A DNA stretch of 64,000 nt from an uncultured Flavobacteriales bacterium (GCA_963814325.1 CAWFCK010000017.1:47855-111854); one strand, 5' to 3'; counted from the stretch's first letter, positions 24,259 through 37,250 are shown. Translations and numbers: made by a program. The notes: generated from the letters alone by a model not told the origin.

Positions 24259-24391
24259 TGCGACATCGGGGAACCCTTGTCGTTGTTGGAAAAACAGGTT
24301 GAACTGAACCGCTCCAACGCCGCCCGCTACGCTTCCTGTTGCGTTGCGTTCACCAAGGGTCGTGGCGTCGTTGCGGTTCTTGGATCGAAGC

Positions 24392-26303
24392 ATGAGCGAA
24401 ACGAATTATTCCGAGGAGCATATCCGGTCGCTGGACTGGAAGGAGCACATCCGCCTGCGGCCGGGCATGTACATCGGCAAGCTGGGCGATGGCAGCAGCT
24501 ATGACGACGGCATCTACATCCTGCTGAAGGAGGTGCTGGACAACTGCATCGACGAGTACATGATGGGCCACGGCAAGAAGGTGGAGATCAAGATCGAAGG
24601 CACGCGCGTGGAAGTGCGCGACTACGGCCGCGGCATTCCGCTGGGCAAGGTGGTGGACGTGGTGAGCAAGATCAACACCGGCGCCAAGTACGACAGCAAG
24701 GCCTTCAAGAAGAGCGTGGGCCTGAACGGCGTGGGTACCAAGGCGGTGAACGCGCTGAGCAGCTACTTCAAGATCGAGAGCGTCCGCGAGGGCGAGATGA
24801 AGCGCGCCGAGTTCGACACGCGGCGTGCTGCGCAAGGACAACAAGCTGGAGAAGACCGACGAGCGCAACGGCACGCGCGTGGTGTTCACGCCGGACGAGG
24901 ACGATGTTCCGCAGCTTCCAGTTCCGCGAGCAGCACATCGAGCGACTGCTGTGGAACTACTGCTACCTGAACACGGGCCTCACGCTCCACTCAACGGCCA
25001 GAAGTTCCAGAGCAAGAACGGCCTGCTGGACCTGCTGACCACCAAGATGGACGGCGAGCCGCTCTACCCGATCATCCACCTCGAGGGCGATGACATCGAG
25101 GTGGCCATCACCCACGGCAACCACTACGGCGAGGAATACTACAGCTTCGTCAACGGCCAGCACACCACGCAGGGCGGCACGCACCTCGCCGCCTTCCGCG
25201 AGGCGGTGGCCAAGGTGATCAGCGACTACTTCAAGAAGGACTGCGACGCGGCCGACATGCGCACGGGCATCGTCGCGGCCGTGAGCGTGCAGGTGACGAG
25301 CCGGTCTTCGAGACCCAGACCAAGACCAAGCTCGGCTCCACTGGAGATCGAGCCCGACGGGCAGAGCATGCGCGTCGTTCATCGGCAACTTCGTCGGCCA
25401 GGCAGCTCGACACCTACCTGCACAAGAATCCGCGAGACCGCCAAGGCGCTGCAGGAGCAAGATCGAGGAGAACGAGCGCGAGCGCAAGGAACTCGCCGGC
25501 ATCCGCAAGATCGCCCGCGAACGCGCGAAGAAGGCCAGGCTGCACAACAAGAAGCTGCGCGACTGCCGCCTCCACCTCGGCGACCGAAGAACGATCCGCG
25601 CCAGAGGAGAGCACGCTCTTCATCACCGAGGGCGACACCGCCAGCGGCAGCATCACCACCAGCCGCGACGTGAAGACGCAGGCCGTCTTCAGCCTGAAGG
25701 GCAAGCCGCTCAACACCTACGGCCTCACGAAAAAGGTCATCTACGAGAACGAGGAGTTCAACCTGCTCCAGGCCGCGCTGAACATCGAGGACGGCCTCGA
25801 CGGCCTGCGCTACAACAAGATCGTCATCGCCACCGACGCCGACGTGGACGGCATGCACATCCGCCTGCTGCTGATCTCGTTCTTCCTGCAGTTCTTCCCC
25901 GACCTCATCCGCAACGACCACCTCTACATCCTGCAGACGCCGCTCTTCCGCGTGCGCAACAAGAAGGACACGAACTACTGCTACAGCGAGGAGGAGAACC
26001 AGGCCGCCCTCGCCGAAGCTCGGGCAAGACCACGAGATCACGCGCTTCAAGGGCCTCGGCGAAATCATCCCGGCGAGTTCAAGCACTTCATCGGCCCGGA
26101 CATCCGCCTGGAGCCGGTGATGATCACCAAGGCCGCCAAGCGTCCACGAACTGCTCGCCTTCTACATGGGCAAGAACACACCGGAGCGGCAGGAGTTCAT
26201 CATCGACAACCTGAAGATCGAGAAGGACGTGGTGAAGGAGGAGACGCCGATGAAGGCCATCGCGCGCAAGCTGGCCGAGAACGAAGTGGAAGCGGAAGCG
26301 TGA
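24392..26303 (+). CDS. parE: DNA topoisomerase IV subunit B (multiple frameshifts)
   Basis: [73 protein letters not shown]. Confidence 0.95.
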
Positions 26304-27058
26304 TGCGCAGCAACTGGTATCTCCGCAGCATGTGGGCATGTGGTCATGTGGTCATGTGCACATGGATGCTTGCATTTGTAACTCCGGAGGCATCCGCGCA
26401 AAGCGTCGGCAAACTGCGTCTGCTGGTGGATCCGGGCGGCGATTTCCAATTCGTGGTGGACGGCAAGTACAAGATGCAGCAACGCGAAGTGGAGCTGAGC
26501 CCCGGCCCGCACAAATTCACGTTCTGGGCTCCCGAGCGCAGCATGAAGGACACCACGCTGAACGTTGAACCCGGCCGGACAAAGGACGTGATCCTGCGAC
26601 TTTCCTACTCGCCCGAGTACGAGCAATGGCGTGGGGAGATGGAGCGATATCGCAACGACCGGAAGCTGCGCCGACTACTGCCTTCCGCGCTCACGGCCGG
26701 ATCGCTCGTGTATACCGCTGTGAAATGGTCGGCGTACAAGAAGGCCCATGACCAATTGAACGATGACCTGGTGGCCTACCATGAAGGTTACTCGCCGCAG
26801 GCCATCAATATCCTCAAGGACCGCACGATCCCGCAGCACAAGGACGAGTTCAAGAACGCGCGCAGCAACTTCTACTTCGCTGCTGGGTTGAGCACGGTGC
26901 TCACCGCCACCACGATCTACCTCTTCCATCGCTCGGCCGCTCGCGAGGTGCCTGTGTTCCAGGACCGCGAAAAGGTGCGCTTCGACGGACTGGTCTGGAT
27001 GCCCGGTACGGATGGCGGCGAATGGCTTGGTGGACTCACATGGAACTTCACACGATGA
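26303..27058 (+). CDS. Exported/membrane hypothetical protein
   Basis: ATG overlaps the parE stop (TGATG); signal-like segment ending ASAQ; PEGA-like FVVDG-ELSPGPHKF; two hydrophobic segments. Confidence 0.65.
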   Translation: MRSNWYLRSMWACGHVVMCTWMLAFVTPEASAQSVGKLRLLVDPGGDFQFVVDGKYKMQQREVELSPGPHKFTFWAPERSMKDTTLNVEPGRTKDVILRLSYSPEYEQWRGEMERYRNDRKLRRLLPSALTAGSLVYTAVKWSAYKKAHDQLNDDLVAYHEGYSPQAINILKDRTIPQHKDEFKNARSNFYFAAGLSTVLTATTIYLFHRSAAREVPVFQDREKVRFDGLVWMPGTDGGEWLGGLTWNFTR

Positions 27059-27479
27059 AGCGCCTCTTGTCCATCCTAACAGTCCTGTCCATCGGTCTTT
27101 CAGCCTGCTTGAAAGATGAAGTGGATGTGGCCGCCCTTACCACCAACGGGCTCGATCCCGACTACAGCGGACCGGCCATTATTGACCTGGTCAGCGACAC
27201 CACGGTCATCCTGTACGACCAGCAGAATCAACCCGTGGACACGGTGGTGCGGCAATTGGTGCGGGTGAATGAAACACTGTTACCTGCCGGAACGACTGGG
27301 ACCTCTACATCGTGAAGGAGAACACCGGTGAGATCATCGACTACACATCGGACATTCCACAACCCGATAGCACATATCACCATGTGCAGCTCGGGACGGA
27401 CTACTGCTACACCTATCAATTGAAGGTGCAATACTCCCTGACGAAGGCGTACCGCTATTGCACCACGGCTGCATTATGA
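27055..27479 (+). CDS. Hypothetical lipoprotein (frameshifted)
   Basis: MKRLLSILTVLSIGLSAC lipobox; ends YRYCTTAAL*, overlapping the parC ATG. Confidence 0.65.
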
Positions 27480-30286
27480 ACATGAACGACGAGAACATCG
27501 GGCCTATCGACGGTCCGGAGGAAGGCGCGGAGGGAACACCACCCGAGGGCGAGGAGCGCACGGAGGGTGCGCAGGACAGCGGCGCTGACAGCAAGTATCC
27601 GGGTGTGCCGGGGGCTGGACAGGCCGGTACGTACAGCGTGAGCGGCATGTACCGCGAATGGTTCCTCGACTACGCCAGCTACGTGATACTGGAACGTGCG
27701 GTACCAGCCTTGTATGATGGACTGAAACCGGTCCAACGCCGCATCCTGCACGCGATGAAGGACCTCGACGATGGTCGCTACAACAAGGTGGCGAACATCA
27801 TCGGTCACACCATGCAGTACCACCCGCACGGTGATGCCAGCATCGGCGATGCGCTGGTGCAGATCGGCCAGAAGGACCTGGTGATCGACTGCCAGGGCAA
27901 CTGGGGCAACACGCTCACCGGCGATAGTGCGGCCGCACCGCGATACATCGAGGCGCGCCTAAGCAAGTTCGCGCATGATGTGGTCTTCAACCCAAAGACC
28001 ACCGAATGGCAGCTCAGCTACGACGGCCGCAACAAGGAGCCCATCTTCCTGCCGGTGAAGTTCCCGCTGCTGTTGGCCCAAGGCGGTGAAGGCATCGCGG
28101 TGGGCCTCTCCTGCAAGATCCTCCCGCACAACTTCAACGAGCTCATTGACGCGAGCATCGCGGTGCTTCGCGGCAAGAACCCCAAGCTCGTTCCCGACTT
28201 CCACACCGGCGGCCTCGCCGACATGGTGAACTACAACGACGGTGAGCGCGGCGGTCGTGTGCGTGTGCGTGCCCGCATCCGCAAGGAGGACGCCAAGACG
28301 CTGGTGATCACGAGATCCCCTTCGGCACCACCACCACCAGCCTCATCGAAAGCATCCTGAAGGCCAATGAAAAGGGCAAGATCAAGGTGCGGCACGTGGA
28401 GGACAACACCGCCGAGTTCGCCGAGATCGTTATCCACCTCGCCGCAGGCGTATCGCCCGACAACACCATCGATGCGCTCTTCGCCTTCACGGACTGCGAA
28501 TTGAGCCTGGCGCCCAACGCCTGTGTGATCGAGAACGACAAGCCGCGCTTCGTGGGCGTAACCGAACTGCTGAAGAAGAGCACCGACAACACCCTGCGGC
28601 TGCTGGAGCTGGAGCTGAAGATCAAGAAGGCCGAACTGGAACAGCAGTGGCACTTCGCCTCGCTTGAGAAGATCTTCATCGAAAAGAAGGTCTACCGCAA
28701 GATCGAGGAGGCCGAGACCTGGGAGGAGGTGATCAGCTTCATCCACAAGGGCCTGAAACCGCACATCCATGAGCTTCGCCGACCCATCACAGATGAGGAT
28801 ATCGTCAAGCTCACCGAGATCAAGATCAAGCGGATCAGCCGATTCGATGCCTTCAAGGCGGATGAGCACATCGCCAACCTCGAGGAGCAACTGGCCGATA
28901 CCCAGGCCAAGCTCGATGCCATCATCGAGTACGCCATCGACTACTTCAAGGAACTGAAGAAGAAGTATGGCGAGGGTCGCGAGCGCCGGACCGAACTGCG
29001 CACCTTCGACAACATCGTGGCCACCAAGGTGGCCGTGGCCAACAAGAAGCTCTATCTCGACCGCAACGAGGGCTTCATGGGCTGGAGCCTGCGCAACTTC
29101 GAGTTCGTGGACGAGTGCTCGGAGATCGATGACATCATCGTCTTCCGCGAGGATGGCACCATGATGGTGACCAAGGTGGCTGACAAGAAGTTCATCGGCA
29201 AAGGGCTGCTGCACGTGGGTGTGTGGAAGAAGGGCGACGAGCGCACCATCTATCACATGATCTATCAGGATGGCCCGCAGGGCGCTTACTACATGAAGCG
29301 CTTCGCGGTAACGGGCATCGTGCGCGACAACGTGTATGACCTTACGAAGGGATCACCGAACAGCAAGGTGCTCTACTTCACCGTGAATCCGGATGGTGCC
29401 TCGGAGACCGTTCGCATCCAACTGCGTCCACGCGCCAACCTGCGCAAGTCGCAGTTCGACGTGGACTTCGGCCAGATGTTGGTGAAGGGCCGCGGCAGTC
29501 AGGGCAACCTGCTCACCCGTTACATGGTGCAGAAGATCACGTTGAAGGAACGGGGTGGAAGCACGCTCGGGGCCATCCCGGTGTGGTTCGATGAGACGGT
29601 GCGCCGCCTGAACGACACGGGCCATGGGCGATACCTCGGTCGATTCAAAGGCGATGATCGCATCCTCGCGATAATGGCCAGTGGTCAGTACCAGCTGTTC
29701 CCCTTCGCGCTCAGCACCCATTTTCCCGATGATGCCCTCACCGTGGTGAAATGGAATCCGAAGGAGGTCGTGAGCGCCGTGTATTGGGAAGGGGAGAAGC
29801 AGCAATTCCAGGTGAAGCGCTTCGCGATCGAAGAACCTTCGCGTCGATCCCGTCGTCTTCATCACGGACCACCCCGAAAGCAGGCTCACCCTGCACAGCC
29901 TGGTGCCGGAGCCGGTGCTGCACGTGGCCTATGACAAGCGGAGTACAAGCCGCGAGGATGAGGACGTGAACCTGAAGGACTTCATCGGTGTGAAAGGGGT
30001 GAAGGCCTTGGGCAACCGCCTGACACCGCATAAGGTGAAGGAGATCACGCTCAATACACCGGTATTCATTCCCATGACCGCCGAACTCGAGGAGAAGCAG
30101 GCCATGCTGATCACGGACGAGGAGATCGGCAACATGGAGGCCCCCGAAGAGGAGGACCTCGAAGAGTCACCGGTGAAGCAGTTCAAGAAGCAGCTGAGTG
30201 CCGACGAAGGTGTGGAGGACCGGTCGCCCGATGATCCGATCATCGGCTACAAGCCGGGCAAGCAGGCCAAGCTGGGGTTTGATTGA
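27476..30286 (+). CDS. parC: DNA topoisomerase IV subunit A (frameshifted)
   Basis: DYASYVILERAVP, DGLKPVQRRILH, YHPHGDASI, AAAPRYIEARL; follows parE. Confidence 0.95.
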
Positions 30287-31078
30287 TGCGTTCACCGCGA
30301 GGTGCTGTTGCGCTCGGTGTTCTGGCCCTCGCAGGTATGGACCTGCGCGCACAAACGGTGCGAGTGGACACGATCAGGGAAGCGCAGCCGTGGGGCCAGC
30401 GCGAGGTCTATTCATTCCCTCGCGTAAGCACCCCCGAGGATCCGGGGATCGCAGCCCGCATCAACAAGGACATCTGCACGGAGTTCCTGGAGGTGCATCC
30501 CGACTCGGCGCATCGAGGGATGTTCGTAGAGGTCTGGGGTGAGCCCGGTGGCAGCGTCATGCCTTCGGTGAATGCGCTCACCTGGTCGTGGACGCGGCCT
30601 GTTCCCGATGTGATCAGCATTGAATTGATCGGTGAGTTCTGCGGGGCCTATTGCGAGGACTTCATCATTCATTACAACTACGACCTGCGCCATGGAGATC
30701 GTCTTCTCTTTGATAGCCTGTTCACGGAGACCGGTCTTCTGCAGGTGACCGATTCCCTGGATCGCCGTTGGCGGATGCTGGTTCAAAAGGAGGTCGACCC
30801 GGTTGCAAGCTCAGTTGGCTGTTGGCGATACATCATCCGTGGAGGCGGAAATGCTCAGCCGCGCCATCGTAATGTATACAGACTGCACGGAGCAACGGAA
30901 CTCATTGTACGTTGAGGACCTGATACCGCAAAAGGAAGCGATGATATTCAGAATATCACGTTGCAGCAACCACGCTGTTCGCGCGCTCGACGAATTGGAT
31001 GCGGTGGAGCTGGAACTTGGTTACGCTTGGTTGGCGCCCCATTTCCGACGGCCCGTGTCGCCCGTGTTCGTCCGTTGA
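30283..31078 (+). CDS. Exported hypothetical protein (frameshifted)
   Basis: Signal-like N-terminus ending RAQ; EFCGAYCE...YNYDL; continues in frame 30803-31078. Confidence 0.55.
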
Positions 31079-31191
31079 GACGGTCCTGGCCGTCACCGTC
31101 AGCCCTGTGAGGGAAAGACCACATTGGTGTGTAATAATTCCACAGCTCCGCTGTCAACAAGCAGCGGTAGTGATCAGCGGTGAGTGGAGTG

Positions 31192-31662
31192 TTACGCCGC
31201 CATCGCTTCGTTCTGCTCCTCGGACACGCGCTTCAACCCGACCAGTGCCTCCACCCACGAGCGTCCTGCTTCCCGCGTACGACGTACATCCTGCGGCAGC
31301 CCGGCAAAATCCCCATGCCAGAGGGTCACCAGTGTGCGGCCGTCCTTCTGCTGGTCCAACGTGATGTCTACCGTGGTGTAACTCGCGGCCTCATCGGGCA
31401 ACCCGCTATCCACGACGTAATAGGTGTAGCGCAGGCGATGGCCCGGCAGGCTCTCCATGATGGTTCCTTTGGCCCGGATGATGCCTTCCGGACCCACGCG
31501 CTCCGTCCAGGAGATGGGGGTCCCGCGTTTCCATTCGCTTTCCGCCATCCAGTTGTACTGGTACAAACGGATCAACTCGGGTTCGGTGAGTGCCTTCCAC
31601 ACCGAGGCGGGTGAAGCTTGCACCAGCATCGAGCGTTCGATGATCGTTCCTTGGTCATTCAT
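31192..31662 (-). CDS. SRPBCC/AHSA1 domain protein
   Basis: VQASPASVWKALTEPELIRLY...ESEWKRGTPISW; C-terminal helix W-EAL-GLKRV. Confidence 0.85.
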   Translation of the reverse strand: MNDQGTIIERSMLVQASPASVWKALTEPELIRLYQYNWMAESEWKRGTPISWTERVGPEGIIRAKGTIMESLPGHRLRYTYYVVDSGLPDEAASYTTVDITLDQQKDGRTLVTLWHGDFAGLPQDVRRTREAGRSWVEALVGLKRVSEEQNEAMAA

Positions 31663-31764
31663 GGTCTGAGGCGCGCACTATCCGTGCCGATCGCCTACAT
31701 CCAAAGCCTGCGCGACAGCTTGTCACGCCCCGTTAACCAATTTTATGGGTTGACCTTCAGTCTA

Positions 31765-32559
31765 TTAGATGGCACACAGCACCGGAATGCCATGGGCGTT
31801 CGTCAACAGGCGCTCCTTTTCGGCATCTGCGATCCACCGATAATCGTCGCTGGCGATGGCCATGATGGCAATGGCACCAGCACCGATATCATGCGCATGG
31901 CGGATGGTCTGCTCCGCGAAGCCCATACTGAACACGGTTGCGGGAACATTGTCCTCCACACAGCGCACGTTGTCGGCCCGGAGGCGGTCGAGCATCAGGT
32001 GCTTATTGCGCAACAAACTCTCACTGGGCGACTCACCGGGTCTGAACACCTGGAAGACGTGCACCTCGGAATTGAACGACCGAGCCAGATAGCAAACGGC
32101 ATCCAACAGGCGGTGGATATCGGCATGGCCGGCCACGGGCATCAGGATCCGCTCCAAGCGCACCTGCTCAGGGCTTTCCGCTTGCACTACGAGCGAAGGT
32201 ATGTTCACGTGGCGTACGAGCTTCAGGATATCCGCTCCCAACAACGTCTGACGCAGTCCGCGCGGACCGTGCGTACCCACCACCATCAAGGCATGCCCCT
32301 GGCTGCTCTCGGCGATGATCTGCTTCAATGGGTCGCCTTCCCGGAACACCTCATTCACCTTGTTGGTAGGCGTCAGGGAATCGGCGGCATTTCCCATGCG
32401 CGCACTGGCGCTGGCCAACGCTCCGCTTTCGCTGTCCCGTTTATCCAGTACGTGTAACAACGTGATGGAGGCGTTCGAACGTTCGGCGATCTCCGTGGCA
32501 TACACCTGTGCGCGTTCGGCGGCCTTGGTGAAATCGGTGGGACAGAGGATGTCGGTCAT
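31765..32559 (-). CDS. Universal stress protein (tandem Usp domains)
   Basis: ILCPTDFT, ITLLHV, LMVVGTHG-RGL-LLG. Confidence 0.9.
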   Translation of the reverse strand: MTDILCPTDFTKAAERAQVYATEIAERSNASITLLHVLDKRDSESGALASASARMGNAADSLTPTNKVNEVFREGDPLKQIIAESSQGHALMVVGTHGPRGLRQTLLGADILKLVRHVNIPSLVVQAESPEQVRLERILMPVAGHADIHRLLDAVCYLARSFNSEVHVFQVFRPGESPSESLLRNKHLMLDRLRADNVRCVEDNVPATVFSMGFAEQTIRHAHDIGAGAIAIMAIASDDYRWIADAEKERLLTNAHGIPVLCAI

Positions 32560-32690
32560 GGTGTGCTAAGGTAGTGAGGTGCGATCGCATGGCGTATGCG
32601 CTTGGCTTTCCTCTGGAAGTAGCGGATAGTTGTTGGCCCCGGTGGCCGGGTCCTGCTGTTCCGGTACATTCGGCGGCGCATTCCCCGAAC

Positions 32691-35073
32691 ATGAAAAAGT
32701 CCCTTCTGCTGGCCACGGCCCTTTGCTCCGCATCCCTGTTAAGCGCCCAGTTGAACATCACCCAGCTCGGTCACCTGGATTATCAGGCACTTCGCGGAAG
32801 CGACCTGAGCAACCTTTGGGGCTATACCGACGAGTTGGGCAACGAATACGCACTGGTAGGGGTGAACGGAGCCGCTGGGAACAACAACAGCGGTGGCTTG
32901 AGCATTGTGAACGTCACCGATCCCGCGAACCCGCAGGAGATCTTCTTCGCCTCCGCCCCGAACAGCATCTGGCGCGAGATCAAGGTGTGGGACGATCATG
33001 CCTACATCACCACAGAAGCTGAATCCGGTCTGCTTATCGTGGACCTGTCCCCATTGCCACAAAGCACGAACCTGCCTACTACGTTGTTCAATGGGCAGGG
33101 CTGGATCACGTCGCACTCGCTCTTCATCGATGAGAACGGACGCTTATACCTGAACGGATCCAACCGGGGCGCCGGCGGTGTCATCATGTACGACCTCACG
33201 CAGGATCCGATGGCGCCGGTGGAGGTGGGGGAGTTCGACACGTGGTACGTGCACGACTGTTTTGCGCGCGGCGACACCTTGTATGCGGCGCATATCTACA
33301 ATGGCTTCTTCAGCATCGTGGACGTGAGCGATCCTGCAGCTCCGGTATTGCTGGGAACACAGACCACACCGAGCAACTTCACGCACAATTGCTGGCTTGA
33401 TGACTCAGGGCAACACCTGTTCACCACGGATGAACAGCCGAACAGTTACCTGGCTTCGTACGACGTGTCGGATCCTTCCGACATCCAGTTCGAGGACCAG
33501 TTGCAGACGGGTCCAGGGTCGAATGCGATCATCCACAATACATACTGGTTGAACGACTATGTGGTGCAGAGCTATTACACGGAAGGGGTTTCGATCTACG
33601 ATGTGGCCGACCCGACGAACATCGTGGAGGTGGGCCACTACGATACGTCGCCCTTCACCGGTGACGGCTTCAATGGGGCGTGGGGTGTGTATCCCTTCGC
33701 ACCAAGCGGCAACCTCTACGTGAGCGACATCGAAGGTGGATTATACATACTGGGACCGCAATACGTTCAAGCCTGCCGTCTCGAAGGAACCATCAGCGAT
33801 GCACAGACGTCCGCAGGCGTTGTGAACGCGACGCTCAGCATCGTGACCACCACGGCCAATGATCTCACGAGCTTCGACGGAGCGTACAGCACGGGTTGGG
33901 CCACCGCAGGCACATACCAGGTATCGGTGAGCGCTCCCGGCTATGTTCCCCAGACCGTGGACGGTGTTGTGCTGCAGAACGGACTGGTGACCGTCCTCAA
34001 TGTGCAGCTTGTGCCGTTGAACTCCTTCGCCTTCGGCGGGCAGGTGATCGAAGAAGGGACCACCACGCCGGTGGCCGATGCCCAGGTGTTGGTACGCAGT
34101 GCGGAATTCACCTTCGCGGTGCTCACGGACGCCAGCGGGAATTTCACGATCCCGGTTATGTTCGACCGGACCGTACACGATCACCGCCGGTAAGTGGGGT
34201 TACCGCACGATCTGTCTGCCGCAGGCTGCCATTGACCAGAATTCGCCGGATGTGGTGTTGCAACTCCCGCTGGGCTATGCGGACGACTTCGCACTTGATC
34301 TGGGCTGGAGCGTTTCTGGCGATGCGGAAACAGGCTCCTGGGAACGCGATACGCCTGTGGGCACCACCTTCGGCGGACAGCCATCGAACCCGGACTTGGA
34401 TGTTCCAGGGGATTGCCTCAACCTCGCGTACATCACCGGCAACGCCGGTGGGCAGGCCGGACAGGACGATGTGGACAACGGAACAACGGTTCTCACCTCA
34501 CCGGTTTTCGATGTCTCCGGCATGTCCGATCCCTGGGTGCGCTATTACCGCTGGTATTTCAACGGGGGTGGCAATGGCACGCCGAACGACACGCTTTTCG
34601 TGCGGCTTTCGAACGGATCGGAGACCGTGAACATTGAAACGGTCACGGCCATCAGCCCCGGCAACCAGGCTTGGTCGTTGCGCGAGTTCTCCGTTGCCGA
34701 TGTCATTGCCCCCACGAGCACGATGCAGTTGATCATCAGTGCGAGCGACCTGGACCCAGGGCATCTTGTGGAGTCCGGCCTCGACCAGTTCGAGGTGCTG
34801 CCGCAGTCTCCCTTCTTCGGTGTGAACGAACGGAACGACGCGATCGGCGTGGTGGTGTTTCCCTCACCGAACGATGGCAGCTTCACGGTGGAAGTGGCCG
34901 GCATGAACGGAACCATCGAGCTCTTCGATGTGCAAGGCCGGGCGGTGATCACGCCCGTGCGCATGACGCATGGCAGGGCCATGGTGCACACATTCCGGAC
35001 TGCGGGTGTATATGTGCTACGCATCGTTACCGATGATGGTCGCACGGCCATGCGCCGCATCATGATCAGGTAG
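32691..35073 (+). CDS. Choice-of-anchor B family protein with carboxypeptidase-regulatory-like domains and T9SS CTD (frameshift ~34165)
   Basis: MKKSLLLATALCSASLLSAQ; SNLWGYTD-GNEYALVG, SIWREIKVW, HNCW, GAWGVYPF; CTD VFPSPNDG...FDVQGR...GVYVLRI. Confidence 0.85.
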
Positions 35074-35084
35074 GTGTGGCGGGC

Positions 35085-36029
35085 TCAGCGCTGCGGAGCG
35101 ATGCCGCTGCAGTGCTGCTCGATGAGCTGATCGATATCCTGCACACCTCCGAGGATGCGGGCCAGGTTCAGATCGGAACAGGCCTTCTCCTTATCGCCCT
35201 TATGGGCCAGCAGGATGGCGCGCGTGCGCAACGCGAAGGCGTTGGCCGGGTAACTGCGAAGGCTGCGTTGAACATCATCGAGGGCCTCCTTCTCCCGTCC
35301 AAGTTGAAGCAGCGCGTGCGCACGGTTGCTCAGCACGGTGGGTTCATCCTTGTCAACCTTCAGGGCTTGATCATAGATCGCGAGTGCATCCTCGTGACGG
35401 CCCAATGCACTTAGTTCGTAGCCACGATTGGTCCAGTTGCCGATGTCATTGGGTTCGACCACGCAGAGCTTTTCGAGCACGGCAAGGCTGGCCGCATGAT
35501 CACCGTCGGCATCATGTGCGCGGGCCAGGCTCTTCATGGCATCGGTGTCTTCTGTGCGGTCGCCTAACGCTTCCTGCAGATCCTGTATGGCCGCCTTGTA
35601 TTTCTTGAGCTCGGTGAGGGATTGACCGCGCATGAGCAGGCACTGGCGTCGCAGATCGTTCTGCGCCCCGTGCGCCAGGGCGCGCGTGCACAAGCGGGCG
35701 GCCACAGCATGTTCCTCACCCCGGAACGCATACAATGCTCGCTGCCAGTTGGCCTCCACATGCACGCTGTCCAGTTGAAGGGCCTTTTCGGTATCCAGCA
35801 GGAAGCGGTCCATGCGGTCCATGTACAACCAGGCGCGGGCACGGGCCGAATAGGAAGTGGCGGTGGGCTCGATCTCGACCGCTGCACTGTACTTGTCAAG
35901 GGCTTTCTGGGGCCGGTCGAGCGCGAGCAGGCTATCCCCTTCAGCGATCAACTGCGCGGTCGATTGACCGTTGGCACCCGAAGCGAGCAGAAGCAACAAG
36001 GACAGCGTGATCACGGGAAGGGACCTCAT
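35085..36029 (-). CDS. Exported tetratricopeptide repeat protein
   Basis: MRSLPVITLSLLLLLASGANGQ; repeated TPR helices; C-terminal KACSDL. Confidence 0.85.
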   Translation of the reverse strand: MRSLPVITLSLLLLLASGANGQSTAQLIAEGDSLLALDRPQKALDKYSAAVEIEPTATSYSARARAWLYMDRMDRFLLDTEKALQLDSVHVEANWQRALYAFRGEEHAVAARLCTRALAHGAQNDLRRQCLLMRGQSLTELKKYKAAIQDLQEALGDRTEDTDAMKSLARAHDADGDHAASLAVLEKLCVVEPNDIGNWTNRGYELSALGRHEDALAIYDQALKVDKDEPTVLSNRAHALLQLGREKEALDDVQRSLRSYPANAFALRTRAILLAHKGDKEKACSDLNLARILGGVQDIDQLIEQHCSGIAPQR

Positions 36030-36121
36030 TCGTCGCCCAAATGTAGGGCAGCCCTCCAAGGCATGCATCGTGCCAGAGCAGCTCGTGGCTGACAGCGGAG
36101 TGTTCGGAAACGACCGGGCCT

Positions 36122-37144
36122 TCATGGGTGCACCCGCGTGAGCGGCACAACGTCCATCGATGCGTGGCGGCCCGCCAGCAAGAGGTAGTGGCCGGCCATG
36201 GCGATCATGGCCGCATTGTCCGTGCAGTAAGCGAACGGCGGTATGAACACCTCCCACCGCTCCTCATCGCCCAGAGCCTTCAAGCGCGCGCGCAGGCCGC
36301 TGTTGGCCGCCACGCCCCCTGCGATCCCGATGCGTTCAAGGCCCTGTTCGCGCATGGCGCGACGTGTTTTCGCCAGCAAATGGTCCAAGATGGCGGTTTG
36401 CAGTGTGGCGCAGAGGTCAGGAAGTTGTGCGGCAACGGTTCCGGCATCCTGGGCTTCGAGCTTGCGCACGCCTTGCAGGAAGGCGGTCTTGATGCCGCTG
36501 AAGCTCATGTCCAACCCGGGCACGGAGGGTATCGGCATGGGAAAAGCGCACGGCTTCCCGCTCACCGCGTAACGATCGATCAGTGGGCCACCGGGGTAGG
36601 GAAGACCAAGGATCTTGGCGCCCTTGTCGAAGGCCTCACCCGCGGCGTCATCCAACGTGGTCCCGATGAGCTGCATATCCAAGGGAGAGCGCACGAGCAC
36701 CAGCTGGGTATGACCGCCGCTCACCGTGAGGTTGAGAAAGGGGAACTCCGGTACTGCGCGTTGCTCGTTATCCCTGATCAGATGGGCCAGCACATGGGCC
36801 TGGATATGGTCCACGGCGAGCAGGGGGATCTTCAAGGCCTGGGCCATGGACCGCGCAAAGCTGGAGCCCACCAGCAAGGCGCCCATGAGGCCCGGGCCTT
36901 GGGTGAAGGCCACCCCCGACAGCTCGCGCTTATCCACGCCGGCCTGCAACAAGGCTTCGCGCACCACCGGAACGATGTGTTCCTGATGAGCCCGGCTGGC
37001 CAGTTCGGGCACCACGCCTCCCCAGCGGGCATGCACCTCCTGCGAGGCCACCACGTTGCTGCGCACCACGCCGTCGACGAGCACGGCCGCGGCCGTTTCA
37101 TCGCAGGAGCTTTCGATGCCGAGAATGATGGGGGCGTTGTCCAC
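36122..37144 (-). CDS. tsaD: tRNA N6-adenosine threonylcarbamoyltransferase TsaD
   Basis: ILGIESSCDETAAAV, GGVVPELASRAH, VSGGHT, DDAAGEAFDK, CTDNAAMIA. Confidence 0.97.
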   Translation of the reverse strand: MDNAPIILGIESSCDETAAAVLVDGVVRSNVVASQEVHARWGGVVPELASRAHQEHIVPVVREALLQAGVDKRELSGVAFTQGPGLMGALLVGSSFARSMAQALKIPLLAVDHIQAHVLAHLIRDNEQRAVPEFPFLNLTVSGGHTQLVLVRSPLDMQLIGTTLDDAAGEAFDKGAKILGLPYPGGPLIDRYAVSGKPCAFPMPIPSVPGLDMSFSGIKTAFLQGVRKLEAQDAGTVAAQLPDLCATLQTAILDHLLAKTRRAMREQGLERIGIAGGVAANSGLRARLKALGDEERWEVFIPPFAYCTDNAAMIAMAGHYLLLAGRHASMDVVPLTRVHP

Positions 37145-37250
37145 AGGGTGAGGGCTACTTTCGCCGATCGGTCCGATGTTCGCTTGTTGAACGGGTCGAA
37201 ACTACAGGAAGCTGGCCGAGAGAAAGGTCATAGCCCGGCGCCTGCGCCGC

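Noticed and set aside
24392-30286. parE/parC as pseudogenes or programmed frameshifts
   Set aside because: These are normally essential genes with intact motifs; the indels match the window-wide error pattern and show no consistent slippery sites
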